Shown: piece by piece, positions 38,342 to 50,760 of the stretch
Layout: each line of letters opens with the position of its first letter
How positions within the stretch are numbered: position 1 is the first letter of the stretch
Origin: Cyanobium sp. Prado107
Lineage (GTDB): Bacteria > Cyanobacteriota > Cyanobacteriia > PCC-6307 > Cyanobiaceae
Direction: 5' to 3'
NCBI GenBank assembly: GCA_025454305.1
Contig: JALOOQ010000001.1
Location: 1-52,473 of the forward strand
DNA length: 52,473 nucleotides
The notes under the pieces: generated by a model
What the model saw: only the letters and a program-made list of their open reading frames with translations
What the model was told of the DNA's origin: nothing
Databases searched by the model: none
Made by a program: the position numbers and the translations under genes

Positions 38342-39175
38342 ATGCGCGCCCTGTTTCTGATCCCGGGCGAGAGCAGTCGTCAGCTCCAGGCCTTCCCGGC
38401 GGTGGCGGCAGTGGCCGACCAGCTCGGCGCGCGGGCGCAGGTGGTGTGCCCCGCCGCAGCGGTGTCACTGTGGTCGCTGCACCCCCAGGTGGAGCGCTCC
38501 ATCCCCTTCGCCTTCTCCGGCGCCACCCTGGCCGACTGGGCCAACCTGCTCGGCTCGGTGCGGGAACCGGACTTTCAACTGTGCATCAACCGGGCCCGGG
38601 GGCGGCAGGTGGATCTGATGCTGTCGATGAGTCACATCCCCAGCCGGGTTGCGGCTGCCGGGTTCTCGGCCACCGACACGGTCCAGGAACCGGAGGGTGT
38701 CTGGGGGGCTCAGGCCTGGCAGGCATTCCTGCGCCCGGTGGGCGTGGATCTCGACGCCGCCGCCTTCCGTCTGCAGCTGTCCCGGACCGATCTGGAGGCG
38801 GCTTCGGCCGAACTGCCTACCGGCGATGGGCCGCTGCTGCTGCTGGCTCCGGCCGGCGGCCCTGGCGACTGGCCACCCGGTCGCTGGCAGGAGCTTCCCG
38901 AGACGATCCGCCGCCGGCTGCCGAACCTGCGCACGGCCACAGGGGAAGCAGGCTCGATCCGCCGGCTGGCCGCCCGCATCGCCAGCGTCGATGTGGTGCT
39001 GGCCAGCGACCCGGTGTGCGTCGAACTGGCGCTGCTGCTGGGCATCCCTGTGGTGGCGCTGGGACGCGGCCCGAAGGATCTGCCGACGCGCGAAGGAGTG
39101 CAGGGAATCGGCACACCCGCCAGCCTGGAGCGGCTGGATCCCGCCGAGGTGCTGACGGCCCTGGGGCTGGGCTGA
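38342..39175 (+). CDS. Glycosyltransferase family 9 (heptosyltransferase-like) protein
   Basis: MRALFLIPG....QL.AFP, W.NLLG..RE..F, DWP...W, and LA..LG.P.VAL (GT-B fold pattern). Confidence 0.75.
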   Translation: MRALFLIPGESSRQLQAFPAVAAVADQLGARAQVVCPAAAVSLWSLHPQVERSIPFAFSGATLADWANLLGSVREPDFQLCINRARGRQVDLMLSMSHIPSRVAAAGFSATDTVQEPEGVWGAQAWQAFLRPVGVDLDAAAFRLQLSRTDLEAASAELPTGDGPLLLLAPAGGPGDWPPGRWQELPETIRRRLPNLRTATGEAGSIRRLAARIASVDVVLASDPVCVELALLLGIPVVALGRGPKDLPTREGVQGIGTPASLERLDPAEVLTALGLG

Positions 39176-39239
39176 GCGGCGGCAGCGGATGACGATGCGG
39201 GGGGCCATACGATCGGCGCCGCCGCCAGCTCCCGAGACC

Positions 39240-39992
39240 ATGGTCACCGCCTCACCCCTTGCCGGCCAGGTCGCCCTGGTCACCGGCGCCAGCCGCGGCA
39301 TCGGCGCCGCCATCGCCAGGGAGCTCGCCGCGGGCGGCGCCACCGTGGTGGTGAACTACGCCAGCTCCCCTGAAGCCGCCGACGCGGTGGTGGGCGAGAT
39401 CCAGGCGTCCGGCGGCCAGGCCTGGGCCCACCAGGCGAACGTGGCCGAGGAAGAGCAGGTGGAGGCGCTGGTGAAGGCGGTGCTGGAGAAGGAGGGCCGC
39501 TTGGATGTGCTGGTGAACAACGCCGGCATCACCCGCGACGGGCTGCTGATGCGCATGAAGACGTCCGACTGGCAGAGCGTGATCGACCTCAACCTCACCG
39601 GGGTGTTCCTCTGCACCCGCGCCGTGAGCCGCACCATGCTCAAGGCCAGAAGCGGCCGGATCATCAACATCACCTCGGTGGTGGGCCTGATGGGCAACCC
39701 CGGCCAGGCCAACTACAGCGCCGCCAAGGCCGGCGTGATCGGCCTCACCCGCAGCTGCGCCGCCGAATTCGCCAGCCGCGGCGTCACGGTGAACGCGGTG
39801 GCCCCGGGCTTCATCGACAGCGACATGACCGCCGGGCTCGACAAGGAGCCGATCCTGAAGGCCATTCCCCTGGGCCGCATGGGTCAGCCGGCGGAGGTGG
39901 CCGGCGCCGTGCGTTTCCTGGCCGCCGACCCGGCCGCGGCCTACATGACCGGCCAGGTGCTGCAGGTGGACGGCGGCATGGTGATGCGCTGA
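39240..39992 (+). CDS. fabG: 3-oxoacyl-ACP reductase (start 39240 or 39189)
   Basis: [35 protein letters not shown] (YxxxK), [12 protein letters not shown] and VDGGM. Confidence 0.96.
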   Translation: MVTASPLAGQVALVTGASRGIGAAIARELAAGGATVVVNYASSPEAADAVVGEIQASGGQAWAHQANVAEEEQVEALVKAVLEKEGRLDVLVNNAGITRDGLLMRMKTSDWQSVIDLNLTGVFLCTRAVSRTMLKARSGRIINITSVVGLMGNPGQANYSAAKAGVIGLTRSCAAEFASRGVTVNAVAPGFIDSDMTAGLDKEPILKAIPLGRMGQPAEVAGAVRFLAADPAAAYMTGQVLQVDGGMVMR

Positions 39993-40004
39993 TCCCGAGG
40001 CGGT

Positions 40005-42052
<2,048 letters not shown>

Positions 42053-42057
42053 GCAAC

Positions 42058-42079
42058 CGGGCCTTCACCCGAGGGCCCG
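42058..42079. terminator. Stem-loop at the groEL/nanE convergent junction
   Basis: CGGGCCTTC-ACCC-GAGGGCCCG: 9-bp stem with one G-U pair; no U-tract. Confidence 0.5.
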
Positions 42080-42745
42080 CGCGTAGGCACCCACCTGCAG
42101 GTCCACCCCCGTGATCGCTGTGCCCACGACCACGGCATCGGCACCCAGGCCAAGGGCCCGGGCCGCCTGCTCGGGGCTGGCGACTCCTCCCTCGCAGATC
42201 AGAGCGGTATCCGCCGGCAGCTGCCGCCGCAGGGGGCCGAGCAGGTCCCAGGCCGGTGGCATGCCGTGGGCAGTGGCCTCGGTGTAGCCGAACAGGGTGG
42301 TGCCCACCCAGCGACAGCCCAGTTCTGCCGCCCGGAGGCCGTTGGCGACGCTGTCCACATCGGCCATCAGGGGGGCGCCGAGGTCCCGCTCGGCCCTGGC
42401 CACCAGGTCGGCCAGATCCTGGCCACCGGGGCGTTGCCGCTCGGTGGCATCCAGGGCCACCACGTCGGCGCCCGCGGCCCACACCGCCCGGATCTCCTCC
42501 CAGCCGGGGGTGATGTAGACAGCGCTATCGGAGTAGGTGCGCTTCCACAGGCCCACGATCAGGGCGTCGGGGCAGCGGCGGCGCACGGCGCCGATGTGCT
42601 CCGGACTCTCCAGTCGGACGCCGGTGGCCCCGTTGCGCAGGCTGGCTTCCGCCATCGCCGCGATCACCTGGGGATCGCGCATCGGGGAGCCCTCCGGCGC
42701 CTGCACCGACACGATCAGACCGGTGGGCGAGGGGAGACGGGCCAT
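42065..42745 (-). CDS. nanE: N-acetylmannosamine-6-phosphate 2-epimerase
   Basis: GLIVSVQA...SP, IVGL.KR......VYITP, ALDAT.R.RP, MAD, GTTL.GYT, EGG and VVVGTAIT. Confidence 0.9.
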   Translation of the reverse strand: MARLPSPTGLIVSVQAPEGSPMRDPQVIAAMAEASLRNGATGVRLESPEHIGAVRRRCPDALIVGLWKRTYSDSAVYITPGWEEIRAVWAAGADVVALDATERQRPGGQDLADLVARAERDLGAPLMADVDSVANGLRAAELGCRWVGTTLFGYTEATAHGMPPAWDLLGPLRRQLPADTALICEGGVASPEQAARALGLGADAVVVGTAITGVDLQVGAYARALG

Positions 42746-42774
42746 GGCAGAGCGGGAAGCCGGGAGAGCCCGGG

Positions 42775-43629
42775 TCAGGAGAGCTTGCGATCCAGCAGCG
42801 GACGGATCAGCAGGAACAGACCGACGGCCAGGCCCGCAAGCACCCCGAGGCAGCCGGCGGCGCTGAGCTGGCCATAGGGGGCCTCGAGCACCACGGCCGT
42901 GAGCGAGAGCTGACCGGCATAGGCGGCACGGATCGGCTCGATCGCGAAGGTGAGCGGGTTGATCGCCGCCAGCCAGCCCAGCCAGGTGGGCATGAAGGAG
43001 ATCGGCGCCAGGGCCGTGCTGGCGAACAGCAACGGCAGGTTGGCCACGAAGATCACCGCGATCAGCTCGATGTGACCCGGCAGGGCGAAGGCCAGGCCGA
43101 GGCTGAGGGCGGTGACGGCGAACACCAGCAGCAGCAGCGTCACCAGCACCAGCAGGAGGCCGCCGCCCCCCGGCCAGCCGTAGCCCAGCAGGGCTGCGGT
43201 GGCCATGATCGCCAGGCTCTGCACCAGGCTCATCACCGTGATGTAGAGCACGGAAGCCAGCACGATCGAGCTGCGCGAGCGCAGAGGGGCCACCAGCAGG
43301 CGGTTGAGGAAGCCGAACTCGCGATCGAACATCACCGGCAGGCCGGCATTCAGAGCACCGCTGAACGCGGTGAACACGATCACGCCGGCGCCCAGGAAGC
43401 GGCCGTAGCTCATGCCCTCGGGGAGCAGACCCTCGGGGGCCTTGGCGAACAGGGCGCCGAACAGCACCAGCCAGATCAGCGGCTGCAGCACGCCGGCCAC
43501 CAGGGTGGAGGGGCGGCGCTGCAGCTGCACGAACAGCCGCCGGGTGAGGGCCAAGGTTTCCTGGCTGATCTCGGCGAGAGCCGAGGGTTCGGCTGACAGG
43601 GCTTCGAGGCTGGGATTGGCAGACGTCAT
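42775..43629 (-). CDS. ABC-2 type exporter permease (Ycf38-like)
   Basis: Six TM segments; QPLIWL.LFG, GLP.MFDREFGFLNRLLVAPL and NPLTFAIE. Confidence 0.9.
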   Translation of the reverse strand: MTSANPSLEALSAEPSALAEISQETLALTRRLFVQLQRRPSTLVAGVLQPLIWLVLFGALFAKAPEGLLPEGMSYGRFLGAGVIVFTAFSGALNAGLPVMFDREFGFLNRLLVAPLRSRSSIVLASVLYITVMSLVQSLAIMATAALLGYGWPGGGGLLLVLVTLLLLVFAVTALSLGLAFALPGHIELIAVIFVANLPLLFASTALAPISFMPTWLGWLAAINPLTFAIEPIRAAYAGQLSLTAVVLEAPYGQLSAAGCLGVLAGLAVGLFLLIRPLLDRKLS

Positions 43630-43662
43630 CGGTGGGCCGCAATCGGGGAACGGAAGGCTGAC

Positions 43663-44709
43663 TCAGCGCATGCTCTGCTTGCGCTCCGCCTTGGGGTCGC
43701 GCAGACCGGCCACGGCCAGCTCCGCGTCCATCAGCGTGCGACCGGTGGCCTGGAGGTAGACATCATCCAGGCTGGGGCGGCTCTGGGCCAGGGCGAACAC
43801 CGGCAGCCGCGCCTCCGACAGCTGCCGCCGCAGCTGCTCCACCACCCCCTCGTGCTCCACCACCAGGTTGAGGGAATAGCCCTGGGACTGGTTCACCACC
43901 ACCTGGCGCACACCGGCGCAGCCCTGCAGCAGCCGCTGCACCCGCGATGCCTCCTCGGCATCGCTGAACTCCCGCACCCGCAGGGTGACGCGATCGCCGC
44001 CCAGGGCCTGCTTCAGGGCCGCCGGCACCCCTTCGGCGATCACCCTGCCGCGCTCGATGATCGCCAGGCGGTCGGCCAGGGCGTCCACCTCCTCCAGGTA
44101 GTGGCTGCTGAGCAGCACCGTGGTGCCGCCATCGCGCAGCTGGCGCAGCACCGTCCAGATGGCGGCGCGGCTTTCGATGTCGAGGCCCACGGTGGGCTCA
44201 TCCAGCACCAGCACCCGGGGGCGGTGCAGCAGGGCGGAGGCCAGATCCAGCCGACGGCGCATGCCGCCCGAGTACCCCCCGCAGCGGCGATCGATCCATT
44301 CACCCATGCCCAGCAGCTCCACCAGCTCGGCGATGCGGCGGTTGCGCACCGCACCGTCGAGATGGTGCAGATCGCCCTGCAGGCGCAGCAGTTCACGGCC
44401 GGTGAGGATCTTGTCGATCGCCACCTCCTGGGCCACGTAACCGAGCAGACGGCGCACCGCCCGGGGCTGGGCCAGGGCGTCGACGCCGGCGACGCGCACA
44501 CTGCCTGAGTCGGGGGCCAGGAGGGTGCAGAGGATCCGCAGGCTGGTGGTCTTGCCGGAGCCGTTCGGCCCCAGCAGCCCGTAGAGACTGCCGGCCGGAA
44601 CGCTGAGGCTGAGTCCATCGAGGGCCTGCACCGCCTTCTCGCCTCTGCCGTAGCTCTTGCGCAGGTCGCGGAGCTCGATCAGCCCGCCGCCAGCAGCACC
44701 ATCGCCCAT
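43663..44709 (-). CDS. ABC exporter ATP-binding protein (DrrA/NodI-like)
   Basis: GPNGSGKT, YSGGMRRRL signature, LDEPT.GLD, SSHYLEE and PSLDDVYL..TG. Confidence 0.93.
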   Translation of the reverse strand: MGDGAAGGGLIELRDLRKSYGRGEKAVQALDGLSLSVPAGSLYGLLGPNGSGKTTSLRILCTLLAPDSGSVRVAGVDALAQPRAVRRLLGYVAQEVAIDKILTGRELLRLQGDLHHLDGAVRNRRIAELVELLGMGEWIDRRCGGYSGGMRRRLDLASALLHRPRVLVLDEPTVGLDIESRAAIWTVLRQLRDGGTTVLLSSHYLEEVDALADRLAIIERGRVIAEGVPAALKQALGGDRVTLRVREFSDAEEASRVQRLLQGCAGVRQVVVNQSQGYSLNLVVEHEGVVEQLRRQLSEARLPVFALAQSRPSLDDVYLQATGRTLMDAELAVAGLRDPKAERKQSMR

Positions 44710-44729
44710 CAGTGGGGTCGCCCGTGGAG

Positions 44730-45740
44730 TCAGGGTGACAATGTAGGCAGCCCGGGTGGGAGCACGGACGGCGGCAGCTGCAGGGCCTCAGCCAGGGGCA
44801 GCCGGGCCAGCAGCAGCAGCAGGCAGATGCCGAAGAGGTAGAGGATCGACCAGCGGAACAGGGCCCGCGCCCGGCCGGCATCATCCGGCTGCAGGGCCAG
44901 ATCGCCGCTCAGCTGCAGCAGGCGGCCGTTGAAGGGCAGCACCAGCAGGCCATAGAGCAGGCCGCCGGCCGGCAAAGCCAGCACCCCGGCCAGGCTCAGC
45001 AGCGCAGTGGCTCGGGCATAGCCCTGGATGGCCCTGCCAGTGACCTCCACGCCGCTCACCACAGGGAGCATCGGGATGCCCACGGAGCGGTAGTCGTCAC
45101 GAAGGAGCAGCGCCAGGGCCCAGAAATGGGCCGGCGTCCACACCATTACCAGGGCGAAGAGCCACCATCCCGGCCAGCCCAGCTCGCCGCTGGCCGCCGC
45201 GGCCCCCACCAGGGGCGGGATGGCGCCGGCCACGCCGCCGATGACGATGTTCTGGGGGGTGCGGGGCTTGAGCAGCACCGTGTAGAGCAGCACGTAGCTG
45301 CAGAGGCCCAGCAGGGAGAGGCTGGCAGCCAGCGGATTCACGCCGATCACCAGCACCAGCACGGCCGTGACGGTGAACAGCGCGGCCAGCAGCAGGGCCC
45401 TCGTCCGGTCGAGCCGGCCGGACGGCAGGGCCCGGCGGCTGGTGCGGGCCATGCGCCCGTCGAGGTGTTCTTCCCACAGACAGTTGAGGATTCCCGCCGC
45501 CGCTGCCGCAAGGCTGCCTCCCACGAGGGTGCAGGCGATGGTGGCGGCATCCACGGGGTCCGGGCTCACGGCCATGCCCGCCACGGTGGTGGCCAGCAGC
45601 AGGGGAATGAGGCGCGGCTTGGCCACCTCCAGCCAGGCCGGCAGGCGCATGCGTCGTGGTGGTGGCGCGGCCCGGAGCGCGGGTGCGGCGGCGGCCTCGA
45701 CCGCAGCGATCGCACGGGTGTGGGTGCTGAAACTAACCAT
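44730..45740 (-). CDS. ctaB: Heme O synthase (protoheme IX farnesyltransferase)
   Basis: [46 protein letters not shown] and DY...GIPMLPV. Confidence 0.95.
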   Translation of the reverse strand: MVSFSTHTRAIAAVEAAAAPALRAAPPPRRMRLPAWLEVAKPRLIPLLLATTVAGMAVSPDPVDAATIACTLVGGSLAAAAAGILNCLWEEHLDGRMARTSRRALPSGRLDRTRALLLAALFTVTAVLVLVIGVNPLAASLSLLGLCSYVLLYTVLLKPRTPQNIVIGGVAGAIPPLVGAAAASGELGWPGWWLFALVMVWTPAHFWALALLLRDDYRSVGIPMLPVVSGVEVTGRAIQGYARATALLSLAGVLALPAGGLLYGLLVLPFNGRLLQLSGDLALQPDDAGRARALFRWSILYLFGICLLLLLARLPLAEALQLPPSVLPPGLPTLSP

Positions 45741-46785
45741 GGGCGGACTGCGCGCTGGGGTTGAAAGCGGGGTCGCCGCTGGGATGGAGGGATCGGGTGC
45801 GGGCCAGGAGGCTGCGACCGGCCATGGCCCCCAGCACCGCCACGAGCAGAGCGGCCACGAGCTGGTGGGACACGGTCACCGCAGGCACGGCGAGCTGAAG
45901 GCGCAGCGTGGCTACGCCGAGGCTCACCTGAAGCACGGCGAGCAGGGCCGCTGCTGCGGCGAACCAGCGGAGGTGGCGTTCAGTGGCCGGCAGCGCCAGC
46001 GCGGCAGGCGGCAGAGCGGCCACCGCAAGGGCGGCAGGGGTAGCGACAACCCGGTGGCGCAGCAGCCACTGGCAACCCTCGGCGGCGGCGATGCAGCGCT
46101 CCGCCGCCCACTGGCTGGCGAGGGAACCACCCAGAAGACACTGGGCGAGAACCAGCACAAGCGCCAGCAGCGCCAGACCTGTCCACCAGAAGGGCAGTTG
46201 GGGGTGGACCTGGGATGAGGGAGCCCGGGCTGATCCGGAGCCCAGGCGCTCCGCCTCGAGCGCCTGGTGCAACCCACTGACAAGCGCCACCAGGAGCAGA
46301 GCGGTGCCCAGATGGGCCGTCACCAGCCCCGGAGCCAGCAGCCGGGTGACGGTGAGTGCCCCGAGCGCACCCTGCAGTGCCACCAGCAGCAGGGCAGCCA
46401 TGCAGCAGCCGGGCAGCCAGGACGGGAGATCGCGGCGGCCCAGCCAGGTGGCGGCGCTGAGCACGAGCAGGGCAACCCCCACCACGAAGGCGTCGAGCCG
46501 GTGGAACCACTCCAGAAACACCTGCAGGTTCATGCGTCCCCCAGGCAGCCACTGGCCGTAACAGAGCGGCCAGTCGGGGCAGGCCAGGCCGGCCTCCATC
46601 ACCCGTGTGGCACCACCGATCACCACCAACGCCACCAGTGCCACCGCCAGATGGGCCGTGACCGGCTCGAACCTGGCGGTGTTACTGGGACGATCCGGCG
46701 TGCCGCGGAAGGTTGATGCGTCAGCGCTGTGCCGAAGCACCGGTGTGGCCGAGCTGCCCGGACTGTGCTGGGGCCTGGCGGACAT
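45733..46785 (-). CDS. ctaA: Heme A synthase, COX15/CtaA family (start approximate)
   Basis: GGATR...[27 protein letters not shown] and HQ.VA. Confidence 0.92.
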   Translation of the reverse strand: MSARPQHSPGSSATPVLRHSADASTFRGTPDRPSNTARFEPVTAHLAVALVALVVIGGATRVMEAGLACPDWPLCYGQWLPGGRMNLQVFLEWFHRLDAFVVGVALLVLSAATWLGRRDLPSWLPGCCMAALLLVALQGALGALTVTRLLAPGLVTAHLGTALLLVALVSGLHQALEAERLGSGSARAPSSQVHPQLPFWWTGLALLALVLVLAQCLLGGSLASQWAAERCIAAAEGCQWLLRHRVVATPAALAVAALPPAALALPATERHLRWFAAAAALLAVLQVSLGVATLRLQLAVPAVTVSHQLVAALLVAVLGAMAGRSLLARTRSLHPSGDPAFNPSAQSAHG

Positions 46786-47023
46786 GGCACCCCGAAGAGG
46801 TCGCGTCAACGTAGCCAGCAGTTCCGAAAGCCGATGCGGAGCCGATCACACTGATCTTGATTTCGCGACATGAAACGGTCCACTGCAAGCCAGCAGGCCA
46901 ATCTTCTGAGCTGCAATTGTCACCAACTGTCGCATTGACCGCTGTCGGCCACCAGGTCATCGCAGTGCGTCGACAACGTCCATAGCCTTGGGCGAACAGC
47001 GATCCAGACAGCCGCCAAATCCT

Positions 47024-47923
47024 GTGCAGATCCGCACCGCCATCACCGCAGCCCTGGCCACCACCGCTCTGGTGGGCACAGGCTTGCTGGTGGGCAGCCA
47101 GGTGAGCCTGCTGCCCGTGGCCGCCAGCACCAACGCCCCGCCCTACGACAGCCTCTTCCGGGTGCTGTTCAGCATCGGCACGATCCTCTTCCTGGGGATC
47201 TTGATCGTTCTTGCTTACAGCCTGATCCGCTTCCGGCGCCGCCCCGGTGAGCTGGCGGAGGGGCTGCCGATCGAGGGCAATCTGCCGCTGGAAATCGTCT
47301 GGACGGCGATCCCTGCTGTGGTGATTCTGTTCGTCGGCATCTACAGCTACGACATCTATGACCGCATGGGTGGCATGGCCAGCCTCGACCACGGCGCCAT
47401 GCAGCACCAGGCCATGGATCACGGCAGCATGAACCCCACTCAAATGGACCCCACACAACTGGCCGACGGCATCGAAGCCAGCGCCGAACGCATCTGGGGC
47501 GGAATCGGCAGCACCCAGGCCTATGTGGATCAGACCGGCGACGGGTCGGAGGCCTCAGCGGCTGTCCCGCCGCTGCCGGTGGAGGTCACGGCCATGCAGT
47601 TCGCCTTCATCTTCCACTATCCCGACAACGACATCACCAGCGGGGAGCTGCATGTACCCCTGGGTCAGCCGGTGCAACTGCGCATGCAGGCTCGGGATGT
47701 GATCCATGCCTTCTGGGTGCCCGAGTTCCGTCTCAAGCAGGACGTCATTCCGGGCCAGCCCACCGTGCTCTCGCTCACGGCAACCCGGGCCGGCACCTAC
47801 CCCGTGATCTGCGCCGAACTCTGCGGTCCCTATCACGGCGGCATGCGCACCTCGGTTGTGGTGCATGAGCCGGACGATTATCTCGCCTGGGTGACTCAGA
47901 ACACGCCCGCAACCACCGCCTGA
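47024..47923 (+). CDS. ctaC: Cytochrome c oxidase subunit II (start approximate)
   Basis: Two TM helices (EGNLPLEIVWTAIP); CuA ligands in DVIHAFWVP and CAELCGPYHGGM. Confidence 0.96.
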   Translation: MQIRTAITAALATTALVGTGLLVGSQVSLLPVAASTNAPPYDSLFRVLFSIGTILFLGILIVLAYSLIRFRRRPGELAEGLPIEGNLPLEIVWTAIPAVVILFVGIYSYDIYDRMGGMASLDHGAMQHQAMDHGSMNPTQMDPTQLADGIEASAERIWGGIGSTQAYVDQTGDGSEASAAVPPLPVEVTAMQFAFIFHYPDNDITSGELHVPLGQPVQLRMQARDVIHAFWVPEFRLKQDVIPGQPTVLSLTATRAGTYPVICAELCGPYHGGMRTSVVVHEPDDYLAWVTQNTPATTA

Positions 47924-47986
47924 GGCCCGTCCCTTGACCGTCGCACCATCCCGTCCTGCATCTCCCCAGCAGGTTTCCCTTCCGTC

Positions 47987-49612
47987 ATGACCGTCGCCGA
48001 CCCCAGCGCCCTGCAACCGGGCCTCCAGCCCCGCGGCTGGTTGCGCTACTTCAGCTTCAGCCTCGATCACAAGGTGATCGGCCTGCAATACCTGGTGTGT
48101 GGATTCTTCTTCTACCTGGTGGGTGGGGCCCTGGCGGGGGTGATCCGTACGGAACTGGTGAGCCCGATCGCCGACTTCGTGAGCCGGGACACCTACAACG
48201 AGGTGCTCACCCTGCACGGCACGGTGATGATCTTCCTGTGGATCGTGCCGGTGGTGAATGGCGCCTTCGGCAACTACCTGATCCCCTTCTACGTAGGCGC
48301 CCGCGACATGGCCTTCCCCCGCCTCAACGCGGTGGCCTTCTGGATGATTCCGCCGGCGGGCCTGCTGCTGATCAGCAGTTATCTCCTGGCCGGTGCCGCT
48401 GCCCAGTCCGGTTGGACCGCCTACCCGCCCCTGAGCCTCACCACGCCGGCCGCCGGGCAGGTGGTATGGATCCTGAGCGTGCTGCTGCTGGGCGGGAGTT
48501 CGATCTTCGGCGCCGTCAACTTCATCGCCACCGTGCTCAAGCTGCGGCGGCCGGGTCTGAAGATGATGCAGCTGCCCATGTACTGCTGGGCGATGCTCGG
48601 CACCAGTCTGCTGGTGGTGCTGTCCACGCCGGTACTGGCCGGAGTGTTGATCCTGCTGAGCTTCGACATCATCGCTCACACCGGCTTCTTCAACCCGGCC
48701 CTGGGGGGCAATGTGGTGGTCTACCAGCACCTGTTCTGGTTCTATTCCCACCCGGCCGTTTACATCATGGTGCTGCCGGCCTTCGGGCTGGTGAGCGAGA
48801 TTCTGCCGGTGCACGCCCGCAAGCCCCTGTTCGGCTACACCACGATGGTGTATTCGATCATGGGCATCGTGTTCCTGGGGCTGATCGTGTGGGCTCACCA
48901 CATGTTCACCAGCGGAACACCCCCCTGGATGCGGCTGTTCTTCACGATTGCCACCTCCTTCATCGCGGTGCCGACGGGGATCAAGTTCTTCAACTGGCTG
49001 GCCACGCTCTGGGGCGGCAAGATCGCCCTGAATTCAGCGATGCTGTTCTCGTGCGGGTTCATCCTCAACTTCGTCTTCGGAGGCATCACTGGGATCACCC
49101 TGGCCCAGGTGCCCTTCGATATTCACGTGCATGACACGTACTATGTGGTGGGACACTTCCACTACATTGTCTACGGAGGAACGGTGTTCGTGATCTTCGC
49201 CGCCCTCTACCATTGGTATCCGAAGTTCACCGGCCGGCTGCTCAACGAAGACCTCGGGCGACTGCACTTCCTGCTCACCTTCATCGGCTTCAATCTCTGT
49301 TTCCTTCCCCAGCACTGGCTGGGGCTGAACGGGATGCCCCGGCGGGTGGCCGAATACGACCCCGCCTTCACCACCCTCAACCAGCTGAGCAGCGTGGGCG
49401 CGCTGATCATGGCGATCAGCACCCTGCCGCTGCTGCTCAACGTTGTGGTCACCGCCCTGCGCGGGCAGTCAGCCGGTGACAACCCCTGGAACGCCCTCAC
49501 ACCCGAATGGCTCACCAGTTCGCCGCCACCGGTGGAGAACTGGCATGGCGAGGCACCGCTGGTGACCGAGCCCTACGGCTACGGCCATACCCCTGCGGAG
49601 AGCGGCCGATGA
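47987..49612 (+). CDS. ctaD: Cytochrome c oxidase subunit I, A2 type
   Basis: DHKVIG, TLHGT.M, DMAFPRLN, GWTAYPPL, FWFYSHPAVY (YS motif of A2 enzymes), WAHHMF, HFHY and GMPRR. Confidence 0.98.
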   Translation: MTVADPSALQPGLQPRGWLRYFSFSLDHKVIGLQYLVCGFFFYLVGGALAGVIRTELVSPIADFVSRDTYNEVLTLHGTVMIFLWIVPVVNGAFGNYLIPFYVGARDMAFPRLNAVAFWMIPPAGLLLISSYLLAGAAAQSGWTAYPPLSLTTPAAGQVVWILSVLLLGGSSIFGAVNFIATVLKLRRPGLKMMQLPMYCWAMLGTSLLVVLSTPVLAGVLILLSFDIIAHTGFFNPALGGNVVVYQHLFWFYSHPAVYIMVLPAFGLVSEILPVHARKPLFGYTTMVYSIMGIVFLGLIVWAHHMFTSGTPPWMRLFFTIATSFIAVPTGIKFFNWLATLWGGKIALNSAMLFSCGFILNFVFGGITGITLAQVPFDIHVHDTYYVVGHFHYIVYGGTVFVIFAALYHWYPKFTGRLLNEDLGRLHFLLTFIGFNLCFLPQHWLGLNGMPRRVAEYDPAFTTLNQLSSVGALIMAISTLPLLLNVVVTALRGQSAGDNPWNALTPEWLTSSPPPVENWHGEAPLVTEPYGYGHTPAESGR

Positions 49613-50229
49613 CCACCACCAACCCCAGCGACCTGCGCAGCCAGACGCAGCCGGACGAGGCCACGCCGTCCGCCCATGCGGAGCACCAGCACCACGACGC
49701 CCGCCTGTTCGGCCTGGCCACCTTCCTGGTGGCTGACGGCATGACCTTCGCCGGCTTCTTCGCCGCCTACCTCACCTTCCGGGCGGTGAACCCGCTGCCG
49801 GAAGGCAGCACCTACGAACTGGAGCTGGTGCTGCCCAGTATCAACACCGTGCTGCTGCTGGTGAGCAGCTTCACCTTCCACCGGGCCGGTCGTGCCTGCC
49901 TGGCCGACCGTCCGCAGGCCTGCCAGGGCTGGCTGGCGGTGACCGCTGGACTGGGCATCGCCTTCCTGGCGGGACAGATGGTGGAGTACTTCAGCCTGCC
50001 CTTCGGCCTCACCGACAACCTCTTCGCCAGCACCTTCTATGCCCTCACCGGCTTCCACGGTCTGCACGTGACGCTGGGGGTCATCTGCATCGCCGTGGTG
50101 ACGCTGCAGTCCAGGCGTGGAGGGGCCGTGAGCGCCTCCAGTCCCTTCGGACTGGAGGCGGCTGAGCTCTACTGGCACTTCGTGGACGGCATCTGGGTGG
50201 TGCTCTACGCCCTCCTGTATCTGCTCTGA
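49609..50229 (+). CDS. ctaE: Cytochrome c oxidase subunit III
   Basis: F.GFF.AY, NT..LL.SS, FL.GQ..EY, FY.LTGFHGLHV and YWHFVD.IW. Confidence 0.96.
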   Translation: MTTTNPSDLRSQTQPDEATPSAHAEHQHHDARLFGLATFLVADGMTFAGFFAAYLTFRAVNPLPEGSTYELELVLPSINTVLLLVSSFTFHRAGRACLADRPQACQGWLAVTAGLGIAFLAGQMVEYFSLPFGLTDNLFASTFYALTGFHGLHVTLGVICIAVVTLQSRRGGAVSASSPFGLEAAELYWHFVDGIWVVLYALLYLL

Positions 50230-50313
50230 GCACCTGCCTGTGAAGGAATCAGGTTGCCGATGATCACTGGAGCTGGGCACAATTGCCCAGGCATGTCGGT
50301 GCGGATCAGAGCC

Positions 50314-50724
50314 ATGGCTTCAGGCAACGGCCCGGCTCCGGGAGAGATGCTCGAGGGCAAGGCCCTGCTGGACCGCGCCCGGGCTCTGAGCAACCGGCCT
50401 GAGGACCAGATCGCCAGGGCATGCGGCTATGTGGGGCCGAGCGGGCGGGTGCTGCGCAAGAGCTTCTACCGCGCGCTGGTGCTGGCCAAGGGCTATGCCC
50501 TGCCGGAGCACACCGCTGCGGGCGGACCGGCGGGCAGTCGCGGGCGGCAGGCCGAATTCCGCACCCGCGTGCACGGCAACGGCAACCTGCTGATCGGCAA
50601 TGCCTACACCCGCCTGCTGGGCCTGGAGCCGGGCCAGGAATTCCGCATCGAACTGCACCCGGAGACCGGCTCGATCTGGCTCACGCGTCTGGATGGCGGA
50701 GACTGCGGCGAGGAGGCCGGCTGA
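50314..50724 (+). CDS. Cyanobacterial AbrB-like transcriptional regulator (start approximate)
   Basis: L.G..LL...., AR.CGY, FY.AL..AKG, GR......V..NGNLLIG.AYT..LGL.PG.EF.I. Confidence 0.9.
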   Translation: MASGNGPAPGEMLEGKALLDRARALSNRPEDQIARACGYVGPSGRVLRKSFYRALVLAKGYALPEHTAAGGPAGSRGRQAEFRTRVHGNGNLLIGNAYTRLLGLEPGQEFRIELHPETGSIWLTRLDGGDCGEEAG

Positions 50725-50727
50725 GCT

Positions 50728-50760
50728 GGGGAGCTGCCGGGTGCTTCAGACCGGCTCCCC
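50728..50760. terminator. Bulged stem-loop at the abrB/hdeD convergent junction
   Basis: GGGGAG(CTG)CCGG...CCGGCTCCCC; no U-tract. Confidence 0.35.

Noticed and set aside
46811-46824. NtcA site GTA-N8-TTC upstream of ctaA/ctaC
   Set aside because: It has a mismatch in the TAC half-site, GC-rich flanks and no suitably spaced -10 box.
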